NCBI GenBank assembly: GCA_040220235.1
Contig: JAVJTO010000070.1
Source of the DNA: Coleofasciculus sp. B1-GNL1-01
Lineage (GTDB): Bacteria; Cyanobacteriota; Cyanobacteriia; Cyanobacteriales; Coleofasciculaceae
DNA length: 64,000 nucleotides
Direction: 5' to 3' (one strand)
Below, piece after piece: positions 10,326-21,346 of this stretch. The notes below the pieces were generated by a model. The model worked only from the letters and a program-made list of their open reading frames with translations. It did no database searches and was not told where the DNA came from. Made by a program: the position numbers and the translations under genes. Within the stretch, counting starts at the first letter, position 1; the number at the start of each line of letters is the position of its first letter.

Positions 10326-10701
10326 CGTGAAATTCTCCCATCCTTAAAATTTGTTCACCAGCGCCACATCTTCACAGCGTTGGTGATGGGAGGGGGAATC
10401 CACGAACAAATCCTCTGCCTTATCTCGTAAGGCAATCGTGGGTTGGATTGGGTTCTAGACGCTTACCAAGGAGGAAACATTTTCAGGCTACGGTATGGAA
10501 ATTATCTGTAATTATCTGAACATGATATCATCCTTTTTTACCTTTGACAGGGCGAGGGCGCAACGCTTGGCGAGGGCGCACGTCGGTGCGCCCCTACGGG
10601 AACTTCAGGTTAAACAGCGATCGCACTTCTTTTGATAACAACGATTCACTACTTACCCCATTGCTCTTTCTTTCTGCTTCGCTTATTTCTGCCGAGCTGC
10701 A

Positions 10702-11214
10702 CTAGGGATTCCTATACAGAATCATTCCACCGACTCTAGGATCATTAGGATCGACGGCTTGCCCACATATTAACCCTATAGACCACTGATATTCTCTATT
10801 AGAATCTATTGCTGGAGCATCAGTTGGCAACTCTAAACGATACGTACCCGGAGTTGTTGGTAGTGGGAGTTGTGCCTGATAAAAATAGTCTTCATCAGCA
10901 TCTTTTAAGCTGAAAAATACTTGTTTAGCTCCGGTTTTGGGAAGATATACAGCAAAACTGGGACGTTCGACATCCGTTTCGCTATGGGTGGGCATTAACG
11001 AGGATAAGCTTTCATTGTTCATCAGTTCATCCCCCGGACAGGTTCCCCGAGATGCGCCACCTGTTGTATCGTATGGAGTTCCTTCTTTGGGCGGCTCAAA
11101 TGTTACCCACAACTGGGTATTAATTGAGTCAGATTGTGCCATTAAATCCAAACCGACTAACACCTCCAAGGATAACGCTATGCCGAATAGGGATAAAGAT
11201 TTAACTACGTTCAT
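10702..11214 (-). CDS. DUF928 domain protein
   Basis: FEPP...GGASRG-C, PSFAVYLP and YQW; GAGGAGG RBS before the ATG at 11214; follows the CHAT gene. Confidence 0.8.
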   Translation of the reverse strand: MNVVKSLSLFGIALSLEVLVGLDLMAQSDSINTQLWVTFEPPKEGTPYDTTGGASRGTCPGDELMNNESLSSLMPTHSETDVERPSFAVYLPKTGAKQVFFSLKDADEDYFYQAQLPLPTTPGTYRLELPTDAPAIDSNREYQWSIGLICGQAVDPNDPRVGGMILYRNP

Positions 11215-11310
11215 GATTTCAATCCTCCTCGGATTTATGTTTGGTTGGAATTGAGCAACCTCTGACCCCAAAATAAGACGTTGTTGAAACCTGCTTTTTC
11301 TGATTAAGAA

Positions 11311-13917
11311 TTACAGCCAATTTCCCACTAAAACAAAAGGTGCCCAGTAATAGGGATGCTGATAGGCTTCTTGCTTTAATAATGATAACTGAGCTTGCCG
11401 CAGGGCTTCAGCTCGGTTGCCATCACCTTGGCGCAAATGGCGATAAAATTTAATCATGGTATCGGCAGTGGATTGGTCATTCACTGACCAAAGCGTAGCA
11501 ATTGTACTGCGAGCGCCTGAACGCACCGCTAATCCAGCTAATCCTAAAGCGGCTCGTTTGTCTCCAGTCGCCGTTTGACAAGCACTGAGAACTAATAGTT
11601 CAATCGGTTCAGAATTGCTTTGTTCTCTCGTTTTAAGCAATTGAGATAAAGTATTGGCATTGAGGCGTTTATCCCAGGTAAGAATAAAGGTGTCTTTGGG
11701 TTGCGAACTAAACTGACCATGGGTGGCAAGATGGAGAATGTTAACGGAGTGGTTTTTGAGTTCCTTTTCTATTTTGGCATGAGTAAAGGTTTCATTCAAT
11801 AGAATTTCTGACGGTAAATCATCACTAATTTCTTTAACTTCTTGCTTAACAGCCGGTAAGGGAAGAAACCCTTGACGGGCTTCCGTTAATCCTGCTGTTA
11901 ACGAAAATAGGGGAACTTGTTTGAGCGATCGCGGTTCGAGTAATTGCAGTCCCGGTGTTAACGCCACACTGTAGTTTTCAATCAAATACTGGTTGCCATC
12001 GTGGAGGGCTGTCATAGGAATATTACGCAAAACACCATCCAGAACAAAGACTAAGGTTTTAATCTGATTACTGGTTAATTGATTGTCAATCGGGCGAATT
12101 AACCAATCATAAACGGTTTGGGACAGTTGAAGCCGTTCTTTATTCGATAACGCCGGATTCATGGTTTGGCGTAAACGGCTGATTGTGGCTTCAATGTCTG
12201 GGGAAGATACATTGGTGTGGTAAGTCTGTAGAGGTTGTCCGGGTAAGGAAAGAATTACCGCTAAACGGTTGGGTAAAATAATCGGGTAAATCACCGCTGC
12301 TTTCGTATCACCTTTTTCGATGACGGTATCAATTTGTTCGGCTTGCGTCTCTAAACAGGCGGTGCGGAAAAAGTTTTCGAGTTCGGCTAATTGTAGAGAT
12401 TCAATTACAGTCCGGGCTTGTTGCAGATGTTCGGGTGAAGGAGAGTCTAATAAAAGACTGACGAGGTGACGATAAATGGGTTCAATTTCCTCTTGAAAGG
12501 AAAATCTCACATCTGCATTCATTGCCACCAGATCCCCCCGAAGGGATTGTACTGTATCAAATGCCTGTTTATTTGCCGCGATCGCGCTTTGTTTATCGCC
12601 CACCTTTGTCAGGATTTGTGCCAGTTGCCAGTACCATTGATAGGATAAGTCAGCCGCGTTGATACTCTGAGACAAAAATAGGGCTTGTTCGGTTAAATCT
12701 TGAGCTTGAGACCATTGTTGGGTTTTGTCGTATACTTTTCCGAGGATGCCTAAACTCAGCGATTCTGCCCGTTTATCGTTTAAGCTTTTTGCCGCTTTCC
12801 GAGTATCGGCTAACTGTTGGGCAATGGTTTGATAATTGGCAATGTTGGGAGAACCTAAGCCGGAGGTTTCGACGAGTTCGATTAAACGTTCGGCGTAGTT
12901 AACCTGGGCATAAATCGTCTCTCGACTCGGAGACAACTGGGACAAATTGCGTTGAATTTGAGGAACTAATTCTTGGGCGTCGGTAAACTGTTCTAAATGA
13001 ATCAGTAGCTTAAGTTGGTTGAGTTTTGCTTGGACTTGAGATAGAGGAGTCGCGGCGATTTCGGCGGCTTGTTGATAGTAGGCTAATGCGGCTGGCATTT
13101 CTGCCAAGTTGCGGCTAATATTACCTAAACTCAATAAAGCTGCACTAATATCTGGGGCAGAATTAAGGCGTTGTGCTACAGCTAAACTGTCCTGTAAAAT
13201 AGTCTGGGCGGCTGACAAATCACCGATAGCTTCCCAGACCCTACCCAGACTGCGTAATCCAGTTGCTTTCATGATAGAATCCGGTTGGGTGGTTAGCTGT
13301 GGCTGTACCGATTCGAGAAGTTGCCGCGATCGCTGAACCATTCCTAAACTTTGCCATGCTTGAGCCTGATTAATTTTGCTCCCCAATACCCCCATTTGAT
13401 CATCGGCTTGGGCGTAAACCGTTTCCGCCTGTTTCCAGGTGTCTAGCGCCGCCTGCGGTTGTCCCATTGCCAGTTGTACACTCCCTTTGGTATTTAAAAT
13501 GGGGGCTAGAATCGCGGGATTGGCTTGGGGTTGGAGTAAATCCAGGCTTTGATTAATTGCGGCTTCTGCTTGTTGCCATTGTCCCCCGTCTTGATAGGCT
13601 AAGGATAAGTAATGTAACGCTAACGCCTGATTCATGCGATCGCCAGTTTTTTCATAATTCTTTACCGCCTCTTGCCAAGTCTTTATTGTATCTGCTAAAT
13701 GTCCAGATTCATCGTCAGTTTTACCTTGACTGACAAGGTTAGAATTCTCTATCTGTCTCCCCTCTCCTTGCAGGAGAGGGGTAGGGGGAGAGGTCAAAAA
13801 ACGGTTAGAAGAATACTGTGCCGCGACAGGACGAACCGTCACCACTACGAAGCAAGTGACTAGGATTAATCCCCAGAAAAATAGTTGCTTTTTACTGCTT
13901 CTTCTTAACCGTTTCAT
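11311..13917 (-). CDS. TPR-repeat CHAT (caspase-like) domain protein
   Basis: TPR helices; HLATHGQF and LSACQTA catalytic His/Cys; HPYYWAPFVLVGNWL C-terminus. Confidence 0.92.
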   Translation of the reverse strand: MKRLRRSSKKQLFFWGLILVTCFVVVTVRPVAAQYSSNRFLTSPPTPLLQGEGRQIENSNLVSQGKTDDESGHLADTIKTWQEAVKNYEKTGDRMNQALALHYLSLAYQDGGQWQQAEAAINQSLDLLQPQANPAILAPILNTKGSVQLAMGQPQAALDTWKQAETVYAQADDQMGVLGSKINQAQAWQSLGMVQRSRQLLESVQPQLTTQPDSIMKATGLRSLGRVWEAIGDLSAAQTILQDSLAVAQRLNSAPDISAALLSLGNISRNLAEMPAALAYYQQAAEIAATPLSQVQAKLNQLKLLIHLEQFTDAQELVPQIQRNLSQLSPSRETIYAQVNYAERLIELVETSGLGSPNIANYQTIAQQLADTRKAAKSLNDKRAESLSLGILGKVYDKTQQWSQAQDLTEQALFLSQSINAADLSYQWYWQLAQILTKVGDKQSAIAANKQAFDTVQSLRGDLVAMNADVRFSFQEEIEPIYRHLVSLLLDSPSPEHLQQARTVIESLQLAELENFFRTACLETQAEQIDTVIEKGDTKAAVIYPIILPNRLAVILSLPGQPLQTYHTNVSSPDIEATISRLRQTMNPALSNKERLQLSQTVYDWLIRPIDNQLTSNQIKTLVFVLDGVLRNIPMTALHDGNQYLIENYSVALTPGLQLLEPRSLKQVPLFSLTAGLTEARQGFLPLPAVKQEVKEISDDLPSEILLNETFTHAKIEKELKNHSVNILHLATHGQFSSQPKDTFILTWDKRLNANTLSQLLKTREQSNSEPIELLVLSACQTATGDKRAALGLAGLAVRSGARSTIATLWSVNDQSTADTMIKFYRHLRQGDGNRAEALRQAQLSLLKQEAYQHPYYWAPFVLVGNWL

Positions 13918-13927
13918 AAGCCCTCAT

Positions 13928-14773
13928 TTACTCTAAGTCGTCAGCATCCGGGTCAATCCCCATTTCCCGTAATCGTGCAGCTAATTTTGCCGCTTTTTGT
14001 TCGGCTTGTTCCGCTCGTTGCCGTTCGGTTTCCGCTCGTTGTCGTTCAGTTTCCGCTCGTTGTCGTTCGTTTTCCGCTCGTTGCTGTTCCAATTCAGCCC
14101 GTTCTTCACCAATAAGTAAAAGATTGCCCTCACTATCCCACCAGCGCAGCCAGAGTTGGGTTTGATTTTGATACGTTCCCTGCCAAAGTCCCAGTTCGAC
14201 TTCTAACGGTGGAATAGAATAATGACCCCGTTCATTGGGTTCTATCCGTTGATAGGAAAAATCTTGCAGATGATACACTTCTAATTTGCCATTTTTAATT
14301 TCGTAAATGGCATAGTAAGGAATGCGAATAATATGTCCATAGACCCAAAATTTACCCGGTTTCGTCGTTTTCCCATCAGCCGAAACCGATAAGGGTGTAG
14401 CATCCCGTTCCTCTTCTCCATTTCCACTAGCAAACTCAATCGCAATCGTTGGTGCCATGAATTCTCGCCATAAAACATAAGAACGGCGAATTTCTCCATT
14501 CAGAAGCGGCGGAACATTAGCAACATAGAACCAATCCGGTGCTTCAGCCCCTTTTTCTGGGGGGTCAGTTTCACGCCAGTAGATACCACAATCTTGTCCA
14601 ATAGCATATTGACCATCAGGATGAAGTTGTCGTAAAACGGAGCCAATAGAATCCGTTAAAATAATGCTTTGGGGATGCGCCTGGAAATTTTTCACAAACG
14701 TACCATCTGATTCGGGAAGTTGAGTATGATCAGGGAATGCTGGGGGTAAATCAGTACGAGTTCCTATTGTCAT
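13928..14773 (-). CDS. Uma2 (DUF820) family endonuclease-fold protein with coiled-coil tail
   Basis: DHTQLPESDG, APDWFYV and IEFASG; ERQRAET heptad repeats. Confidence 0.88.
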   Translation of the reverse strand: MTIGTRTDLPPAFPDHTQLPESDGTFVKNFQAHPQSIILTDSIGSVLRQLHPDGQYAIGQDCGIYWRETDPPEKGAEAPDWFYVANVPPLLNGEIRRSYVLWREFMAPTIAIEFASGNGEEERDATPLSVSADGKTTKPGKFWVYGHIIRIPYYAIYEIKNGKLEVYHLQDFSYQRIEPNERGHYSIPPLEVELGLWQGTYQNQTQLWLRWWDSEGNLLLIGEERAELEQQRAENERQRAETERQRAETERQRAEQAEQKAAKLAARLREMGIDPDADDLE

Positions 14774-14923
14774 TTGTCATTCGTCCTTTGTCCGATCATT
14801 TCCAGTTATTTCCCCAATTCTATAAAATTATCTCCCCATCCTTCAATCACCTCTGCGTACCTCTGCGAAAACCTCTGCGTACCTCTGCGTTAAAAAATAT
14901 AATTGCAATCTCACCCATTAAAT

Positions 14924-17900
14924 TTAGTCTAAGTCATTTCTCCCCCCACAAGAAGACGATCCTTCCCCAAAATCTATCCTTTTTCCTCCATTAGGTTCAG
15001 CCGTCAGAATAACCGTCCCATCTTCATCAACCATCCAACCTTGGGCTTCAATTATCTGCTTTTCAGGTGTCTCAGATGGCAAGTTTACAGCAGGTTTATT
15101 ATCCAAAAATCCTGCAACATTTCGCCGATCTTGCCAAACCGAATTTCCTTGCAAATAGTCACGGGGATTATCGGGAATACCACCGCGTCCGATAGCGGTA
15201 AACCGATTCCCAGTATCAGCCGGACAACCCGCGATAATTTGATTCGACGGATCAGTAAAATTAAACGGTAATTCAGTTAAGCCGCGAGACGGATCAACAT
15301 TGGGAGTATTAATCGTAATCGTACCATCAATGCCTAACTGAGAACTCGCCGTAATATCACTATTTGGGGTAAGTTCATCACTCACCTGTAAGCCAAAAAT
15401 GCCTTGCGTGGTTATGTCAATATTTCCGCCATTTCCTTCAAATGCATTCGCCACAATATCACTATTTTCCTCCAGAACCGCGACGATAAACTTAGCATCA
15501 ATATTGATATCGCCACCATCTCCACCCGTCCCAGCTTGTCCGGCTGTGGTACTGATTAAACTGTTATTTTGCATTAATAATAGATCGGCTCCTTCGAGGA
15601 GAATATTACCACCATTTCCGGATAGCGTCCCTGTACCAATTACAGCGCCATCCCGAAGTTTCACTTGCTCGGCATTAATGTACAAATCACCAGCCCTGGT
15701 ATCACCAGAGGCTAAACTAAACGTGCCTATCCCTCCCTTCCCGCGCAATTCTATCTCAGTCGCATTTACACGCAAGTTTCCGGCAGTTCCGGTACTGGTT
15801 AAATCAGCCGAGGTAACAATTCCAGCACCATCTCGCACCACCAGGCGATCGCTATTAATGGTAATAGTTCCGGCATCTCCACTTCCTTGAGTTCCAGAGG
15901 TAAAACCTGTCACCAAGTTAGTCAACTCTAAAAGGCTATTTAGGTCAGTTGGAGCAACAGCCGCACCGGGTTGATTGCCAATAATTTTTATCGATTCAGC
16001 GTTGATGATTAAATCCCCAGCATCACCACTGCTATAACGTTGGGCTGCGGTAGAAATACCTGTTCCTATTCCTGACTGAATTTTGGTATTTTGAATCAGT
16101 AATTGGCGAGTATTTAGGGTTAAATTTCCAGCATCACCCAACCCATACGTAAGAGAACCTAAGCTACCGTCATCCAGCAGGTTGACTGACGCGGCATTAA
16201 TTCTCACATTGCCCGCCTGTCCACCATTCGCAAAGGTAGCTGTCGCAATATTCGATTCATCTTTCAAGATAATCGATTCTGCACTAACCTGAATATTACC
16301 TCCTGATCCGGAAACATTCCCAGATGGAGTGTTGGGTTGAAAAAATTGCTCGAGTTCTCCAATATCACCAGTCGGTGAGCCAATAATTTCGATAATATTA
16401 GTGATATTATTGATATCATTTATACTAGCTGCAATCGTATTAATATCCGAGTTATCGTCAGCACGAATTGAATCAGCGCTAACCTGAATATTACCTCCTT
16501 GTCCAGAACCAACCGTAACGCTGAAAATTTTCGACCCACCACTCAACACCAGAGACGGGGCTGAGAGTTCAATATCACCACCTTTGCCTAAACTGGTCAC
16601 GCTAGTAATGATTGAATTATCGATAGTTAGGGTTGCACCACTCGTTAGGGAAATATGACCCCCAATTAGTCCATTAGCATGGATATCACTCACTCCAATA
16701 TCACCAACGGCTTGGAGTAATATATCACCCGCTTTCCCCAAAGAACTGGTATCAATTGTACCAGCCGTGGTATCGATCAATCCTTTAGAGTCGATAATAA
16801 TCGTACCCCCTCCCATCATTCCTTGAGTATTGATTGACCCAACCGTTATCCCCCCAGATAACGATAGATTCGGCTGATACTGATTTGTTAAAAATACAGT
16901 TCCTTCTGAGTTCACAATATCGCCAATGGTAATATTAGCACTGGTGGAACTTTCTAGAGGATTGGGGAAAGGTGGAACAATAATTCCCTGCGATGGAATC
17001 CCCTTGATAACTGGAATTCCAAACGCGGTAGTTCCAGCCCGGATATCCAGGGTTGGTTGAGTTTTCCCATTAATTAATATTGATGTACCATCAGATAGAG
17101 TAACATTTTCAACAATGCCATTTTCGGCATCGACGTTATTGATCAAAACACCACCGGGAATCGTCACACTTCCGCCCGCAAAAATATGCAGTGAAGCGCC
17201 TTGATAAGCCCCCATTAAAACATCCCCACGGCTGCGAATAACCGGATCATTAGGACTCCTAAGAATTCCTAGATTCCCATCAAGCTGTTCGATGCGAAAC
17301 TCACCACCACTCCAGAAATAGGCATCTCCTTGCACAGGATTAGCCGAACGGAATACCATCTCCCCATTGGCGAAAAAACCACTATCCGGATGATTCAGGG
17401 CAAAACTATCAATTGTGCGATCGCCTTGTACCTGCATAGTTCCGCCAGCCTTAGCGATGAACGGATTTACCAGACTGTCTCGAATATTTACAGTATGATT
17501 AGCGTGCAGAGTAAGATTATCCCCAGCGATAAGCTGACCTTGTAAATTAAGAGTATTAGCCGCTAGAGTAAGATTCCCTCCCACCGATAAATTTCCCGCA
17601 TTGGTAATCGTTGCCGATTCACCCGTCAAATAATTAAAAAAGAATACCCCTGGCTGAATCGATAGGAGGGTACTTTCTTCAGGTTCTGTTGCCAAAAATA
17701 ATCCCTGTTCACCCAGGCGAATCCCATCCGCCGTACTCGCCACAAATGAACCTGTTACATCTAACCTAGCGTCTTTCCCAAAAATAATTCCATTAGGATT
17801 AATTAAGTATAAACTTGCCGCCCCTTCCACACCGAGAGTGCCAAAAATATTGGATAGATTTGTTCCCGTAACACGAGTTAGAATATGGTCAACCTCCCCA

Positions 17901-18229
17901 GGATTAGTAAAGTAAACCTGCTGTCCGGAATCAACATTGAACTCCTGGAAACTGTGGAACAGATTACTCCCCCGTCTTGCCCCGCCTTGAATCAAATCCC
18001 GCGCCTCTTGGGGAACAACGATTGAATTTTCTGCACCTAACGTATCATCAGGAATCAGTTGGGCATTAATCTTTGCCGCATAAAAAATCTGACTGGATAC
18101 AAGTCCAAAATAGCAGAACCATTGTAACGCTTGCCGACTGTTTAGGCTTTTGAGTAGAAAGTTAAGATTAACTGGATTCATCAGTTGAACTGGATTTGAG
18201 ACAAAAAATCCGGTAAAATTCATTGACAA
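14924..18229 (-). CDS. Filamentous hemagglutinin family (TPS-domain) protein; start uncertain
   Basis: NLFHSFQEFNV and LINPNGIIFG TPS domain; Gly-rich beta-helix repeats; GRGGIP and IIEAQGW C-terminal motifs. Confidence 0.9.
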   Translation of the reverse strand: MSMNFTGFFVSNPVQLMNPVNLNFLLKSLNSRQALQWFCYFGLVSSQIFYAAKINAQLIPDDTLGAENSIVVPQEARDLIQGGARRGSNLFHSFQEFNVDSGQQVYFTNPGEVDHILTRVTGTNLSNIFGTLGVEGAASLYLINPNGIIFGKDARLDVTGSFVASTADGIRLGEQGLFLATEPEESTLLSIQPGVFFFNYLTGESATITNAGNLSVGGNLTLAANTLNLQGQLIAGDNLTLHANHTVNIRDSLVNPFIAKAGGTMQVQGDRTIDSFALNHPDSGFFANGEMVFRSANPVQGDAYFWSGGEFRIEQLDGNLGILRSPNDPVIRSRGDVLMGAYQGASLHIFAGGSVTIPGGVLINNVDAENGIVENVTLSDGTSILINGKTQPTLDIRAGTTAFGIPVIKGIPSQGIIVPPFPNPLESSTSANITIGDIVNSEGTVFLTNQYQPNLSLSGGITVGSINTQGMMGGGTIIIDSKGLIDTTAGTIDTSSLGKAGDILLQAVGDIGVSDIHANGLIGGHISLTSGATLTIDNSIITSVTSLGKGGDIELSAPSLVLSGGSKIFSVTVGSGQGGNIQVSADSIRADDNSDINTIAASINDINNITNIIEIIGSPTGDIGELEQFFQPNTPSGNVSGSGGNIQVSAESIILKDESNIATATFANGGQAGNVRINAASVNLLDDGSLGSLTYGLGDAGNLTLNTRQLLIQNTKIQSGIGTGISTAAQRYSSGDAGDLIINAESIKIIGNQPGAAVAPTDLNSLLELTNLVTGFTSGTQGSGDAGTITINSDRLVVRDGAGIVTSADLTSTGTAGNLRVNATEIELRGKGGIGTFSLASGDTRAGDLYINAEQVKLRDGAVIGTGTLSGNGGNILLEGADLLLMQNNSLISTTAGQAGTGGDGGDINIDAKFIVAVLEENSDIVANAFEGNGGNIDITTQGIFGLQVSDELTPNSDITASSQLGIDGTITINTPNVDPSRGLTELPFNFTDPSNQIIAGCPADTGNRFTAIGRGGIPDNPRDYLQGNSVWQDRRNVAGFLDNKPAVNLPSETPEKQIIEAQGWMVDEDGTVILTAEPNGGKRIDFGEGSSSCGGRNDLD

Positions 18230-18347
18230 GAGGTTAAACCCAATGATTCGGTTCTTTTTCTCTATACAGTCCCGTTGTAACTATACCCGTACTCTTTTGG
18301 AGGAAGATTAAAATTTTTATAAAATTAAAAACGGCATGTTACCTGTA

Positions 18348-18471
18348 AGCTGTCATGCATTTAAATTGGGAATGGGTAGCGAGCAAGATGCAAAGCCTGC
18401 GGCATGGCTTCGCTAAACGCACTACAAGGATTTCGCCCTTATTGATATTAAGGTTTAAATGCCGAACAGCT
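18348..18471 (-). mobile_element. 124-bp MITE (AGCTGT...ACAGCT ends, flanked by TA), copy 1
   Basis: Near-identical to copies at 32483, 57301 and 63882; terminal inverted repeats. Confidence 0.85.
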
Positions 18472-18496
18472 TATGTCAATGTAGTATATTACATCT

Positions 18497-20950
18497 CTAC
18501 TTCTGACAGCGTTGCAGATAGATTTTAGCGGTTTTATCCTCAGGCACAAACTCTAGACACCGTTGAAATAATTTAGCCGCTTTACTAAACTCTCGTTGCG
18601 AATAAAGGCATAACGCTTGTTCAAATATCGTCTTTGTTTTCAGCTTCCGCTGACGAACCGGAGGCGGATCAGCATCAAACACATCAAACACCGACACGGT
18701 TTGGGATTTACCTTTAACCTTGACCCGACCAATGATACGAAACGAATAGTTAGAAGGGTCACGCAAATGGTCAAAGGTGTAATGCGAAATCAGCAGCGAT
18801 ACCCCATATTCTTTAGTCAAATGTTCCAAGCGAGAGGCTAAATTCACAGCATCACTAAGCACCGTACTATTAATATGGGTTTTACCGCCCACTGTTCCTA
18901 ACATCATCAAGCCAGTATTAATACCAATCCCGATTTCGATCGGAGATTCTCCGGCTTTTTGTCGCTCTTGATTGTAGCATTTTAAGTTTTGCAGCATATC
19001 AATTGCTGCGTTGACCGCATCATCGGCACTGCCACTAAATAACGCCATAATCGCATCACCAATGTATTTATCGATGAAGCCTTGATTCTGGATAATGGCA
19101 GGTTCCATATAGGAAAGATAACGATTGATAAAATTAAAGGTTTCTTGCGGTTTAATCGCTTCCGATAGACTCGTAAAGTTACGAATATCCGCAAATAGAA
19201 CTGACATATTTTGCTGAGATTGATCGCCTAACTTAACATCACAAATACTGTCCTTTTTGAGTAACTGCAAGAATTGTCGCGGGACAAACTGGGAGAACGA
19301 TTGATTCAACTTGAAAAGTTCTCTAGTAAATGCTTCACGCTCGACTTGCGCTTGCTTCCGTTCGCTAATATCTTCAATAAATCCCTGATAGTAAAGAACA
19401 TTTCCTTGATCATCACAAACCGATCGCGCATGTTCACAAATCCAAATAATGCTGCCATCCCGACGATAAACTTGCGATTCAAAGCCGACAACTTCTCCCT
19501 GTTGTTCCATCAGTTGAATAAAATAATCTCGACGTTTTGGGTCAACATAAAGCTGAGTTTTTATATTAGTAATACTGGTAATTAACTCCTCTGGAGACTT
19601 ATACCCATAAATCTTTGCCAACGCCGGATTTGCACTGCGATAGCGTCCATCAAGAGTGGTCTGAAAAATACCTTCTAATGCATTTTCAAAAATACGGCGA
19701 TATTTCTGTTGGGCTTCCTGCTGTAACCGCCGACTCTGATAATCAGCCGTGATAACGGCTGAACCGGTTAAGGCGAGTAATGAGGGAATTACAGGTAACC
19801 ACCACCCTGCCAGAAATAAGAGATACGTGCCAATTAAACTACAACCACTTGCTAATACAATATAAATGCCTAGGGCAAGTAATTGAAGTAAGGTTTTGGG
19901 ATTCAACCATTTATTCTTTAGCCAAACTAAACTTCCGACTGTACCCAGAAACGACCAACACAAAACCAGTACCCCTTCGACTGGATTGGGTAAGACTTTA
20001 ATCAAGGGGCGTCCATCAATGGCACTACTAATAATTTGACTGATTAAATTCGCGTGAATAACAACAGCAGCGGCGCGACGGGGAGGGACAAATATGGTGC
20101 TATCATAAGGCGTAAAAAATAAATCGTTGGTACTTTGGGCTTTAGATCCAATTAAGATGATGCGATCGCGGATTTTTTCTGGGGGAACGCGATCGGCTAA
20201 AACATCCCTTAATGAGACGGTATCAAAGCTGTCTGAAACACCGCGAAAATTTAATAGAATCTGATACCCTCCCGCATCTACATCCACGTACCCCCCATCA
20301 TCAGTCTGAAACGGAGTAAAGATAGCTTTCCCCAAGCGATAACGCTGCTGATTCGCATTAATTACCTCTAAACTAATCCCCTCATCCTCTAAATACAGTA
20401 ATGCTAAACGGGCAGCTAAACTTAATTGCACATCTCCATTTTCCCGTTGAATCGACAATAACCCTCGGCGAATCTTGCCATCCGTATCCACCATCAGATC
20501 CGCCAAAGCAACTTGGTTTAAAGCGTCCAGAGTGGGTGGAGACGCCACGCGATCGCCCACTCGTTTTTCTACCCCAATTAGATTCTGCGTAGACTGCATC
20601 ACCTCCACCCATTGTTGATGTCCCGGTTCTACAGGTAAATCCCGATACAGATTTAAACCAATCACTCGTGGTTCAGCCGCTTTCAGCGTAGTAATTAACT
20701 CAGCCAAAACCCCATCCGGAATGGGCCACTGTCCCACCTGATTAATATCAGTTTCATCAATTGAAACCACGAGAATACGAGAATCTGGAGATTCTTGAGG
20801 GCGCAGCCGAAAATATTGATCCAGCGTTGCCCATTCCAATAGCTGAAATAAACCCGCTGCATTCAGGGCAAGAATAATCAGCGTCACACTCGGCGCGATT
20901 AATAATACTCCTTGCCACTGCTTAATCCAGGTTTTCAGCTTTGAACCCAT
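18497..20950 (-). CDS. CHASE2-TM-PAS-adenylate/guanylate cyclase
   Basis: CHASE2 (WPIPD, ADLMVDTDGKIRR), three TM helices, PAS, and a class III cyclase (FADIRNFT, KYIGDAIM, DAVNLASRLE). Confidence 0.92.
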   Translation of the reverse strand: MGSKLKTWIKQWQGVLLIAPSVTLIILALNAAGLFQLLEWATLDQYFRLRPQESPDSRILVVSIDETDINQVGQWPIPDGVLAELITTLKAAEPRVIGLNLYRDLPVEPGHQQWVEVMQSTQNLIGVEKRVGDRVASPPTLDALNQVALADLMVDTDGKIRRGLLSIQRENGDVQLSLAARLALLYLEDEGISLEVINANQQRYRLGKAIFTPFQTDDGGYVDVDAGGYQILLNFRGVSDSFDTVSLRDVLADRVPPEKIRDRIILIGSKAQSTNDLFFTPYDSTIFVPPRRAAAVVIHANLISQIISSAIDGRPLIKVLPNPVEGVLVLCWSFLGTVGSLVWLKNKWLNPKTLLQLLALGIYIVLASGCSLIGTYLLFLAGWWLPVIPSLLALTGSAVITADYQSRRLQQEAQQKYRRIFENALEGIFQTTLDGRYRSANPALAKIYGYKSPEELITSITNIKTQLYVDPKRRDYFIQLMEQQGEVVGFESQVYRRDGSIIWICEHARSVCDDQGNVLYYQGFIEDISERKQAQVEREAFTRELFKLNQSFSQFVPRQFLQLLKKDSICDVKLGDQSQQNMSVLFADIRNFTSLSEAIKPQETFNFINRYLSYMEPAIIQNQGFIDKYIGDAIMALFSGSADDAVNAAIDMLQNLKCYNQERQKAGESPIEIGIGINTGLMMLGTVGGKTHINSTVLSDAVNLASRLEHLTKEYGVSLLISHYTFDHLRDPSNYSFRIIGRVKVKGKSQTVSVFDVFDADPPPVRQRKLKTKTIFEQALCLYSQREFSKAAKLFQRCLEFVPEDKTAKIYLQRCQK

Positions 20951-21346
20951 CAGATATCTCCCTCCTGAATTCCTCCATCTCCAACAGCTAGCTCCAACCT
21001 AGCAATTGGAGGTGACATGCTACCATTACTATCAAGCTCTTTGGTGAAAATTCCGGTAAACTAGATAACTGAATCTAGACTGAGAGACCATTGCTCGCAA
21101 AACCATTAATTCTCTGTAGGGGGGTTAGGCGGTCATTTAATCGATGAAACGAACTGCTGTATTCCCTAGTGCGTAACCCCGTAAAAATAATCTTGATTTG
21201 TCCTATAAATTAATGTAATATTATTCTTTTATAATTTTAAATCATGCTAGCACTAGCGGTAAATAAAAATGATAGAGGACAAGGATTGGCTTAACACACC
21301 TTAATATCTTAGAATAGAAAATAGAACCCTTTAAAATAGCGATAAA

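Noticed and set aside
13990..14090. 21-bp repeats in Uma2
   Set aside because: The ordinary ERQRAE coiled-coil tail common in this family
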